DNA of 64,000 nt, from positions 18,742 through 82,741 of the forward strand of contig DATMIW010000070.1 in NCBI GenBank assembly GCA_035554115.1. The letters run 5' to 3'. This DNA comes from Pseudolysinimonas sp. Lineage in GTDB: Bacteria; Actinomycetota; Actinomycetes; Actinomycetales; Microbacteriaceae. Under the pieces are notes generated by a model. It did no database searches. It worked only from the letters and a program-made list of their open reading frames with translations, and was not told the DNA's origin. The translations under genes were made by a program, and so were the position numbers. This document shows positions 45,986 through 53,868 of this stretch, piece by piece. Numbering within the stretch: position 1 is the stretch's first letter; every line of letters begins with the position of its first letter.

Positions 45986-47595
45986 TGACCGCCGACCTGG
46001 AACTCGTGTGGGAGAACCCGCGTGCCCGATTGGCCGCGCGCCCCGACGTTGTCATGGAGCGGGACCGCTATGCCTTGCGCGACCCTGCGGCGACTCCTCT
46101 GTCAGCAATGCGCGACGATGTGCTGCTGGTGCGCGACGCGCTCGACGACGCCGGAATCGACTACCTGCTCATTCGGGGAGACGACTCGCGGCCCGTGCTC
46201 GCCGTCGACCGCGCCCGTCGCGACGAGGTGCGTGCAGCCTTCGCGGTCGCCTTTGCCGCCCAGCCGTTCTATGCGCGGGTCGAAGGAACGGCCAAGCCCA
46301 GCGAGGTGCTCCTCGCTGACGGCCGACTCCCGTCGCCAGGCAAAGCCGATGTGCTTCGGCTCTATCGCCGTCGCGTGACCGACGCGGGTCGTCTCTGGCG
46401 CCCCGTTGCTTCAGCCGTCTTCATCGAGTTCTGGCGCTTCGGCGAAACGGATCTGCTGGCGCCCCGTGAGAACGCGATAACCCGTCGGGTGCTGCCGCGC
46501 GTCGACGCTATCGAGACGAAGGTCCAGAGATTCGGAGCCGAATGGCCGACTCTCGTGGGCATGTTCGACGAACACGCGAGCGACGTCACCTTTCCGATCG
46601 ACATGGTGTTCTCGTGGGTCGACGGTACCGACGTCGAGTTTCAGCGTGAGCGAGCCCGACGCATGGGCAGCTATGTCGTCGGTGAAGGCGATGACTCCGA
46701 GGCCCGGTTCCGCCAGATCGATGAGCTCAAGTTCGCCCTTCGCAGTGTGTATGTCTATGCACCCTGGATACGGAATATCTTCATCGTCACGGATTCTCCA
46801 CGTCCGGTGTGGTTGGCCGAGCACCCGCGCGTGCGTGTCGTGCGCAGTTCCGAGTTCTTTGCGGATCCGTCGCACCTGCCCACGTACAACTCGCATGCCG
46901 TCGAGGCTCAGCTCCATCGCATTCCGGGACTGAGCGAATATTTCCTATATTCCAACGACGACATGTTTATCGGGCGACCCATATATCCCGACCTGTTCTA
47001 TTCGCCGGGCGGCATCACCAAGTTCGTCGAGGCGACAACCCGCATCGGTTTGGGCGATTCGTCAGCAGAGCGCAGTGGATATGAGAACGCCGCCCGCGTG
47101 AACCGCGCGCTCCTGCGCGAGAAGTTCGGTCGCGTTATCACCCGTCACCTCGAACACTGCGCCACGCCCATGCGGACAAGCGTTATGCGCGAGCTCGAAG
47201 CCGAGTTTCCGGAGGCGATCGCCCGCACAGCGGCGAGTCCGTTCCGATCGGCGACCGATGTGTCGGTCACGAACTCGCTATACCACTACTACTCGCTGTT
47301 TACCGGGCGCGCGGTGACGCAGACGTCGGCTCGCATGCTCTACGTTGAGACGACTCTTGCCACGGCGGCGGGTCAGATGCGGCATCTGCTCTCTGACCGG
47401 CGCTATGACTTCTTCTGCCTGAATGACGGCAGCTTCCCCGAGATCTCGGTCGAAGAGCGCATCGAGAATATTCTCGGTTTTCTCAACGCGTATTTCCCGG
47501 TTCCCGCGCCATGGGAAGTCGTCAACGAGGTCGAAGCGCACGATCGACACGAGCACGACCGACACGAGCACGAGCAGGTCAGCCAGCTCGACTGA
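45985..47595 (+). CDS. Stealth-family (CR1-CR4) hexose-1-phosphoryltransferase-like protein
   Basis: 'IDMVFSWVDGTD' (CR1), 'DELKFALRSVYVYAPWIRNIFIVTD' (CR2) and 'YNSHAVEAQLHRIPGLSEYFLYSNDDMF' (CR3). The ATG overlaps the SNF2 stop by 1 nt (TAATG). Confidence 0.85.
   Translation: MTADLELVWENPRARLAARPDVVMERDRYALRDPAATPLSAMRDDVLLVRDALDDAGIDYLLIRGDDSRPVLAVDRARRDEVRAAFAVAFAAQPFYARVEGTAKPSEVLLADGRLPSPGKADVLRLYRRRVTDAGRLWRPVASAVFIEFWRFGETDLLAPRENAITRRVLPRVDAIETKVQRFGAEWPTLVGMFDEHASDVTFPIDMVFSWVDGTDVEFQRERARRMGSYVVGEGDDSEARFRQIDELKFALRSVYVYAPWIRNIFIVTDSPRPVWLAEHPRVRVVRSSEFFADPSHLPTYNSHAVEAQLHRIPGLSEYFLYSNDDMFIGRPIYPDLFYSPGGITKFVEATTRIGLGDSSAERSGYENAARVNRALLREKFGRVITRHLEHCATPMRTSVMRELEAEFPEAIARTAASPFRSATDVSVTNSLYHYYSLFTGRAVTQTSARMLYVETTLATAAGQMRHLLSDRRYDFFCLNDGSFPEISVEERIENILGFLNAYFPVPAPWEVVNEVEAHDRHEHDRHEHEQVSQLD
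47539..47568 (+). repeat. 15-nt near-perfect tandem duplication at the Stealth C-terminus (encodes HDRHE-HDRHE)
   Basis: cacgatcgacacgag (47539-47553) and cacgaccgacacgag (47554-47568) differ at 1 position. Confidence 0.85.
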
Positions 47596-47619
47596 GCATC
47601 AGCCCCTGTGGGCCGAGCT

Positions 47620-48597
47620 TCAGCCCGCGTGGACCGGAATCGGCATCGTCATCGGCGGGTCCGGCTGCACGCGCGGGGCTGCGTCGGCGATGCGCACGCC
47701 CTGCTCGGCCAGGCGACGGGCTGCCTCGTCTGCGTCGATGTAGTCCAACGCGGCGTACGACCCGAGGGGCACGACCGAGTGGAGAACTGTTGTCGGGTAC
47801 ACGTGGATGGTGTTGAAGGCGCGGGCGCCGTCACGACCACGAGTTCCGCCGACGGGCACGTTGAGATCCTGGGTGTAGCAGGTCGCCGACGCGACAGACA
47901 CGGGGATGCCCGCAAACATGGCCATTGAGGAATAGTGCAGGTGGCCGGCGATGATGCTGCGCACATCCGTGTTTTCGAGAACCTCGGCCAATTCCTGCTG
48001 GTTTCTCAGCTCGACCGACGCAGCAAGATCGAGAACGCTGGGGATGGGCGGGTGATGCATGGCGAGAATCGTGCCGTGCGGAGCAGGGATCGACAGCTCT
48101 TCGGCCAGCCAGTCAAGCTGTGCGCTACTGATTTCACCGTGGTGGAACCCGGGAACAGAGGTGTCGAGGGTGATAACGCGCAGTCCGTTGACGTCGTAGA
48201 CCCGATCAACGGGCCGCGCCGACGGCTGCTCGCCCAACAACACCGAGCGGAAGTTGCTGCGATCGTCGTGGTTGCCCATGGCCCAGATCACCTGGGTGCC
48301 GAGCCGAGCCGCCACGGGTTCGACTATTGAGCGGATCCGCTCATAGGCATCCGGCTCGCCCTTGTCTGCCAGATCACCGGTAAAGATGATCGCCTCCGGG
48401 CGGCCGTTCGACGACTCCAGCTCGGCGAAGAGCTCGCGTAGGTGCCGCTCGCTGTCGATCCGGTTGTACAGCATGCGTCCCCCGCCCAGCAGGTGGGTGT
48501 CGCTGATGTGGACGAGGAAGTGGTCCGGGCGCGGATATTCAGCGGTCCGGATGTCGACTCGGGTGTCGGTCACAGGTATATCGAAGCAGACGAACAT
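47620..48597 (-). CDS. Class III metallophosphoesterase, cyclic-nucleotide phosphodiesterase (CpdA/Rv0805-like)
   Basis: 'HISDTHL', 'FTGDLADKG', 'AMGNHDD', 'AMHHPP' and 'IIAGHLHYS'. Confidence 0.85.
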   Translation of the reverse strand: MFVCFDIPVTDTRVDIRTAEYPRPDHFLVHISDTHLLGGGRMLYNRIDSERHLRELFAELESSNGRPEAIIFTGDLADKGEPDAYERIRSIVEPVAARLGTQVIWAMGNHDDRSNFRSVLLGEQPSARPVDRVYDVNGLRVITLDTSVPGFHHGEISSAQLDWLAEELSIPAPHGTILAMHHPPIPSVLDLAASVELRNQQELAEVLENTDVRSIIAGHLHYSSMAMFAGIPVSVASATCYTQDLNVPVGGTRGRDGARAFNTIHVYPTTVLHSVVPLGSYAALDYIDADEAARRLAEQGVRIADAAPRVQPDPPMTMPIPVHAG

Positions 48598-48828
48598 GAA
48601 CAGCGGGGGAGGACGCGCGGACCCAATAAGAGGGGTTCCCGATCACGTCACCCGCAATGGGGGCAGACACGCGTACGAACCTTTGCGTAATGTCATGAGC
48701 GCACTAGTCGGGGGACTAGCAGGCGGCGGTGATCTTGTCATCATTGTGGTCCGGGATACGGGGGTATTCGGAACACGAGACAGGACACCGCCGCCAGTAT
48801 TTTCTGGCCGTGTTGTGTCCGGTCGACG

Positions 48829-49716
48829 TCAGCCGGTTCGCGCGCGAAGGGCGGCGTTGATTCCCGCCGTGAGTTCGCCATCTAGGGCGAAGTCGGAACC
48901 GTCAATGGCGTGCAAGGGTGCCGCATGGCGCACGCTCGACACGAGCCACGCGGCATCCGCTCCTGTGAGATCGGAGGGCGTCAGCAGTGCCTGCTCAGTC
49001 GCGAAACCTTGACTCTCAGCCCAGGCGAAAACATCGGATTGCGTCGTACCCGTGAGGATTCCAAGATCCGTGCGTGGGGTCGAAAGCGTCATTCCACGGC
49101 GGATGATCAGATTGGACACGGGTCCTTCGAGCAGGAACCCGTCGGAGCTCACGAAGACGACGTCATCTGCGCCCCGCCGACGCGCCTCACGGAGTGCCGC
49201 GAGGTTGACGGCGTAACTCAGAGTTTTGGCTCCAGCCAGCAGCCAGGGGGAGGTCTGCGCCACATTGTGCGCGAGCCCCCGGTCGAGAAGCACGACGCCG
49301 ATCCCGATAGTACGTGTCGCGCGGTAGTCCGGCGCGACCGACGCGTACACCCATCCGGTGGGAGCCGGCTGCCCTTCGACTCCTCGGCTGAGCACGAGCT
49401 TGACCTGGGCTTCGTCGTGATCCGCCATTGTGGCAGCGGCCTCATGAACTGCTGCACGCCACACCCCCAGATCCGGGTGAGGCAGATCGAGTAGAGCGGC
49501 GGACTTCGCGAACCTGTCCAGATGTGGATTGAGTGCCTGCGGCAGACCGGAGCCGACGCTGATCGTCTCGAAGACTCCATCGCCGCGCGTTGCGGCCACG
49601 TCGGTCACGAGAAGCTGTGGCGATCCGGCGTCGACGAATTCGTAACCGAGAGTCGTCGCTCCATCCGGTGAGAAGAGGATGCGCGCGAGGGTCGCCGTGC
49701 TCCTGGGCTCGGTCAT
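48829..49716 (-). CDS. Class IV aminotransferase fold protein (aminodeoxychorismate lyase-like)
   Basis: 'GDGVFETI', 'LDRFAKSAALL', 'KTLSYAVNLAALREARRRGADDVVFVS', 'EGPVSNLII' and 'LSTPRTDLGILTGTTQ'. I chose ATG 49716 for its ATGA overlap with the upstream gene's stop. Confidence 0.8.
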   Translation of the reverse strand: MTEPRSTATLARILFSPDGATTLGYEFVDAGSPQLLVTDVAATRGDGVFETISVGSGLPQALNPHLDRFAKSAALLDLPHPDLGVWRAAVHEAAATMADHDEAQVKLVLSRGVEGQPAPTGWVYASVAPDYRATRTIGIGVVLLDRGLAHNVAQTSPWLLAGAKTLSYAVNLAALREARRRGADDVVFVSSDGFLLEGPVSNLIIRRGMTLSTPRTDLGILTGTTQSDVFAWAESQGFATEQALLTPSDLTGADAAWLVSSVRHAAPLHAIDGSDFALDGELTAGINAALRARTG

Positions 49717-50042
49717 GCGCTCTCGCGATCGTCGAGCATCTTCCACACCGTTTCCGTGAGAGCCGGATAGGCCAGTGCGATCTGCCGCAACATCCGATAT
49801 TGCACGTCCGGCGAGGGCATTCGCTCATTGTCGGCGCGGATCAACTCCGCTCGCAGGGTGAGGACGACGAGTTGGTCAACGCTCGGGATCTGCTCCATGA
49901 ACGCCCACGGGTCTTCGCCGGCGCGCAGCCTCTCAAATACCACGGTGCTGAGTTCGTCGAGGGCCTCTGCGCGAAGAACTTCGAGGCTTGCGCGGCGCAG
50001 GACTCCCGGGGATTCCCCAACCGGATCCGACGTGGCGCTCAT
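49713..50042 (-). CDS. Hypothetical protein (109 aa)
   Basis: Clean ORF translationally coupled to the downstream class IV gene. No recognisable motif. Confidence 0.5.
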   Translation of the reverse strand: MSATSDPVGESPGVLRRASLEVLRAEALDELSTVVFERLRAGEDPWAFMEQIPSVDQLVVLTLRAELIRADNERMPSPDVQYRMLRQIALAYPALTETVWKMLDDRESA

Positions 50043-50106
50043 GAGTTTGAGCCTACGCCGCCGTTCGGGTCAGGCCAGGCAGCGGCACCTCGGTTAGCAT
50101 CATCCG

Positions 50107-51072
50107 GTGTCCGATAGCCCGCTCGCCGCGTCCGCCTACGAGACACTCGGTGTTTCGGCGACTGCGAGCCATGCCGAACTGCGACGTGCGTATCGCGCGA
50201 GGCTGCGGCAGACGCATCCCGATGCCGGAGGCGTCGCAGCTGAGTTCCATGCCGTCCAGCGGGCCTGGGAGCTTGTGGGTACTTCCGAGGCCCGCGCCGC
50301 CTACGACCGAGACGGCATGCCGTCGCCGAGCCGAGCCGAATCGCGGGCGAACTGGGCGCCGGATTCTGCACCTCGTCGTGCCGACTCGCGTCCGACAGCC
50401 CGCTCCCACGGCCACCCCGGTGGGTGGTATCGCGAGCAGTATCTGCACGAGCTTCGCGAATGGGTCGGCAGGGGAGTCGAGGTCGCCGACCCCTATGACC
50501 CTGTGCTGCTGCGAGGCGCACCGAGAAACGTGCGCCACCTTCTCGCGGCGGCCGTCGCAGAAGAGGATACGGCGCGCGAACTCGCGACTCTCGGCATTGG
50601 CTTCACCGTGTGGCACGACGTGCGCACCGATGCGCGGCCAAGCGGAAGTGCCGTCGATCGACATGATCCTCAGGGCGGCGGTGGAAAACTCGACCATATT
50701 GTCCTCGGACCGACCGGGCTCTGGGCTCTGCTGAGCGAAGACTGGGGCGAGGGCGTGAAGACGAAGCGCGGTGAGATTATCGGCGCGGCTCTTGCACCGG
50801 GAGAGCGGCCCGTGCACGAACTCGGACTGCGAGCCCGAGCCTTTTCTCGGCTCGCTCGGGTGTCGTTCTCGGCTCTTGTCGTGGTGGTTCCCGACGGGGC
50901 GTCCGCGGAGGGGGTGGAGGTCATGGGTCGTACTCGGGGCGCGCCGACCTTGCTCGTGCAGCGTCCGAGACTCATCGACCTCCTTCGGCAGGGAGTCCCA
51001 GGTGTCGGGATCGGCGGTACGGACCTCTTTGAGGTGCGCACCCGGGTGCAGGCCGCGGCTCGCTTCGTGTGA
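50107..51072 (+). CDS. J-domain protein with C-terminal NERD-like domain
   Basis: 'YETLGVSATASHAELRRAYRARLRQTHPDAGG' (J domain with HPD). The C-terminal 'VWHDVR...KLDHIVLGPTGLWALLSEDWGEGV' resembles the NERD nuclease-related domain. Confidence 0.75.
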   Translation: MSDSPLAASAYETLGVSATASHAELRRAYRARLRQTHPDAGGVAAEFHAVQRAWELVGTSEARAAYDRDGMPSPSRAESRANWAPDSAPRRADSRPTARSHGHPGGWYREQYLHELREWVGRGVEVADPYDPVLLRGAPRNVRHLLAAAVAEEDTARELATLGIGFTVWHDVRTDARPSGSAVDRHDPQGGGGKLDHIVLGPTGLWALLSEDWGEGVKTKRGEIIGAALAPGERPVHELGLRARAFSRLARVSFSALVVVVPDGASAEGVEVMGRTRGAPTLLVQRPRLIDLLRQGVPGVGIGGTDLFEVRTRVQAAARFV

Positions 51073-51087
51073 CAGGGGAGGCGCGGA

Positions 51088-51636
51088 TCAGCGTGACGAG
51101 TTCACAGTGCGTCCCCGCACGATCCCGACAAAGGTCTCGATGCGGTCATCGCTGATGTCTGCGCGCCAGGCGAGCCCAATGCCCGTATCGGGCGCGTCGA
51201 CAATTGGGCGAGCGACGAGGTCTTTGCGCGAATGAGCGCGAGCTACCGACTGCGGCAAAATCGCGTATCCCACTCCCGCCGCCAAGAGTTCCAAAGTTCC
51301 GGAGATGTGGGTGTCATCGAGAAGCTCCTGACGTGGCTCGTCGAGCCCGTCCAGGTCACTGCATGTGATCGAGTCGAGAGACGCTAAGAGCGATTCACGA
51401 GATGTGACCACAACCGGGGTTTCGCGATACAGGGGAATGACGTTGAGCTCGTCTGTCGCGTCGACATCCCGCAGGAATGCCATATGAGCCGAGCCGGCGA
51501 GGACGCCGCTCAGCGCGTCATCATTCGAGGCAGCTCGGATGTCGAGCGGGCGACGTCGCATCCGCTCGTTCCACATGCGCGTCCATTTGCCCGGCGTCAC
51601 GCCCGTGACAAACAACACGACGAACGCATCCTCCAT
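51088..51636 (-). CDS. Stand-alone LysR-type substrate-binding domain protein (no HTH)
   Basis: 182 aa with a type-2 periplasmic-binding fold pattern ('FVVLFVTGVTPGKW', 'PLYRETPVVVTS', 'LLAAGVGYAILPQSVA'). Only 50 bp separate its start from the divergent gene, so there is no room for an HTH. Confidence 0.65.
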   Translation of the reverse strand: MEDAFVVLFVTGVTPGKWTRMWNERMRRRPLDIRAASNDDALSGVLAGSAHMAFLRDVDATDELNVIPLYRETPVVVTSRESLLASLDSITCSDLDGLDEPRQELLDDTHISGTLELLAAGVGYAILPQSVARAHSRKDLVARPIVDAPDTGIGLAWRADISDDRIETFVGIVRGRTVNSSR

Positions 51637-51686
51637 GGGCCCAGGCTAGTGCGAGGGGATCGAAGGCCGACGACTAGCCTGGTGCA

Positions 51687-52088
51687 ATGAGCGACGAGCG
51701 CCCCGATACCCGCCAGCAGCCGAAACCCCGTGCACCCCAGCTGCTGAGCCCCGCCACCGCCGCGAAAAAGTTGAACGTGTATCTGCCCGCGACACCCGAG
51801 GAGTTCCGGGCGAACCCGATAAGCCGCGACGAGCTGAACGCGATGCAAGCCAGTCCGCCAGAATGGCTTGCCACTCTTCGACGCGAGGGCCCGCATCCGC
51901 GCAATGAGGTATCGCGCCGTCTCGGCATTTCCAATTCGGCGCTCGTACGCGGTGGTGTCAGCGACACGATGACGACAGCCGAGATCGGCGAGCTTCTGGA
52001 TGAGATGCCGGCCTGGTTGGTCGCCGAGCGTCAGTCCGCTGCGGCCTCCGTGACGGCCCCGCAGCAGGCGGCCCCCGACGAGAGGTAG
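51687..52088 (+). CDS. Hypothetical 133-aa protein with two HTH-like repeats (possibly the actinobacterial DUF5997 family; name uncertain)
   Basis: Two related ~45-aa segments end in 'PPEWLATLRRE' and 'MPAWLVAERQS'; 'VSRRLGISNSALVRGG' is HTH-like. The gene ends 15 nt upstream of the DarT-like gene. Confidence 0.6.
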   Translation: MSDERPDTRQQPKPRAPQLLSPATAAKKLNVYLPATPEEFRANPISRDELNAMQASPPEWLATLRREGPHPRNEVSRRLGISNSALVRGGVSDTMTTAEIGELLDEMPAWLVAERQSAAASVTAPQQAAPDER

Positions 52089-52103
52089 CCTGGGAGTGGT
52101 GTC

Positions 52104-52913
52104 GTGCGTTCTCGACGCCGCGAGAGGAACTTCCCAGTGGCAGACGAGTGCATCCACGGCTTCGAAGCGGGGCTGTGCGACAGCTGCTATCCCCGGCAGG
52201 CAAAGGAGCCGGCAATTGCGGTTGTGGCTCCTGGCAGCCGTCGGAACGCCGCACCAAAAAGGGTTCCCGGTGCCCGTAGTGCTGCCAACGCTCCTGCCGC
52301 CGTTGCGCAATATGTCTTTGCGCAGCAGCGGCTGTATCACGTCACCCACCTGCAGAACCTCGCGGGGATCATCGCCGATGAGGTCATCCGGGCAGACGCT
52401 GTGCCCGCCGTCGACGTCAGCGCACCCCTGACGCGCGAACTGCGTGCGTCGACCGAAGTGGCATCCGGAGACCCTGTTTCGCACCACGTCCCGTTCTTCC
52501 TGTCGCCCGACGCGTCGCGCTGGGACGAGCTGCGCACGGGCGCGCTTGGCGCGCATTGGTCGGACGAGGCTCGGGCTTCGAGCCCCCTCGATTTTGTGAT
52601 CTTGGTGACCGAAGCCGGTAACTTGGGGCCCGACTCGGTCCTGAGCGACGGCGATGCGGCAGCTCCCAGCACTCGATTCGCTGTCGGTGCCGATGGGGCT
52701 GCGCCCTTCCTGCGTCGCGTGCGCGGAGACGACCCCGACTTTCTCGAGCCAGAGGTGCTGGCACCGGCTGCCGTGCCGTTCGACGTCATCTCGCTGATCG
52801 GTGTGGCCAACGACAGGGTGCGGGATCAGGTGAAGGCTCTTCTGCGCCCGCGCGGCGACGCCGCCCCCAAGGTCGCGGTCTACCCCCCGTGGTTCCAGCC
52901 GACCGGTAGTTAG
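52104..52913 (+). CDS. DarT-like (DUF4433) ADP-ribosyltransferase domain protein with N-terminal Cys/His motif
   Basis: 'LYHVTHLQNLAGII', 'HHVPFFLSPDASRW', 'VLSDGDAAAPSTRF' and 'EPEVLAPAAVPFDVISLIGV' match, as I recall them, the conserved DarT/DUF4433 blocks, including the catalytic-Glu strand. The N-terminus carries 'CIHGFEAGLCDSC'. The start is uncertain (GTG 52104 or GTG 52137 after GAGAGGAA). Confidence 0.7.
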   Translation: MRSRRRERNFPVADECIHGFEAGLCDSCYPRQAKEPAIAVVAPGSRRNAAPKRVPGARSAANAPAAVAQYVFAQQRLYHVTHLQNLAGIIADEVIRADAVPAVDVSAPLTRELRASTEVASGDPVSHHVPFFLSPDASRWDELRTGALGAHWSDEARASSPLDFVILVTEAGNLGPDSVLSDGDAAAPSTRFAVGADGAAPFLRRVRGDDPDFLEPEVLAPAAVPFDVISLIGVANDRVRDQVKALLRPRGDAAPKVAVYPPWFQPTGS

Positions 52914-53575
52914 CGGGTCTGCTCGCCGGTCGGATCCTTCGCCCGATCGTCATGCAGGGCTTCGCCACCGACGGGCTCTCCACCCCAGGTTTCGACGATC
53001 CATCCGTCATCGGGCGAGCCGATCAGCACCACGACTCCGGTGTTGTCGAGGATCGTGCGGCTGGTGAAGTCCTCACCAAGGTTCTTGCCGCGCGCTCCGG
53101 TCCAGACGCGTATCGCACCGCCGTGCGAGACCACCGCAACCGTCGCATCTTCGGGGTGGCGTTCCGCGATAGAGCGCAGTGCACCGTCGAACCGCTCGAA
53201 GAAGCGTGCGCCGTCAGGGCCTCCGGGCATGGCACGGTCGAGGTCTCCCGACAGCCAGCCGAAAACGGTCTCCAGGTAGGCCCATACGGCCTCTTTGTCG
53301 GCGCGGCCCTCCAGTTCTCCCGCCTCAATTTCCTCAATGCCTTCGATCACCATCGGCTCGAGGTTGAGGGCCCGAGCCAGGGGAGCGGCGGTGAGATGGG
53401 TACGGCTGAGAGGTGACACATAGATTGCGTCGATCGTCTCGTGGGCGAGGGCCGTGGGTATCGCCGCGGCCTGCTCCTCGCCGAGCTTGGTGAGGGGCGG
53501 CCCGGGGCGCGCGGTTTCTAGCTCACCGCGCACGTTCGCGGGGGTCTGGCCATGACGGATCAGAAGCAGGCGCAT
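52910..53575 (-). CDS. Histidine phosphatase (phosphoglycerate mutase-like) family protein
   Basis: 'LLLIRHGQTPANV' (RHG) and 'VVSHGGAIR'. Its 3' end overlaps the DarT-like gene by 4 nt in convergent orientation. Confidence 0.88.
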   Translation of the reverse strand: MRLLLIRHGQTPANVRGELETARPGPPLTKLGEEQAAAIPTALAHETIDAIYVSPLSRTHLTAAPLARALNLEPMVIEGIEEIEAGELEGRADKEAVWAYLETVFGWLSGDLDRAMPGGPDGARFFERFDGALRSIAERHPEDATVAVVSHGGAIRVWTGARGKNLGEDFTSRTILDNTGVVVLIGSPDDGWIVETWGGEPVGGEALHDDRAKDPTGEQTR

Positions 53576-53868
53576 CGAGGTCAGCCTACGATCCTGAGGG
53601 CGTCACGCACCATTGGCTGTCCTGGTGACTATTCCAGTTCGGTGCCATCCCCGACCTGTTGGCCTTCGACGAGGGCGTCGGGGTTCGCGGGCGATCTGTG
53701 GACTTCAGGATGCCGCACGGGGGTCGAGCTTCCCACATGTGTGTCATCGGAGATTTCCGCCCCCGGACTGACAAGTCCCCTGCGAGGTGCCACTTCGTTA
53801 TCGCGCATGCCCTCACGGTAGACCGCGTTGATGGACGCGGGCTGAGGCTCTCAGCGATCTTCGAGTTG

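Noticed and set aside
52910-53575. Histidine phosphatase gene as a possible DarG-like antitoxin for the DarT-like gene
   Set aside because: It carries RHG/SHGG phosphoglycerate-mutase-family motifs, not a macrodomain. It is convergent rather than co-transcribed. There is no basis to assign ADP-ribosyl hydrolase activity.
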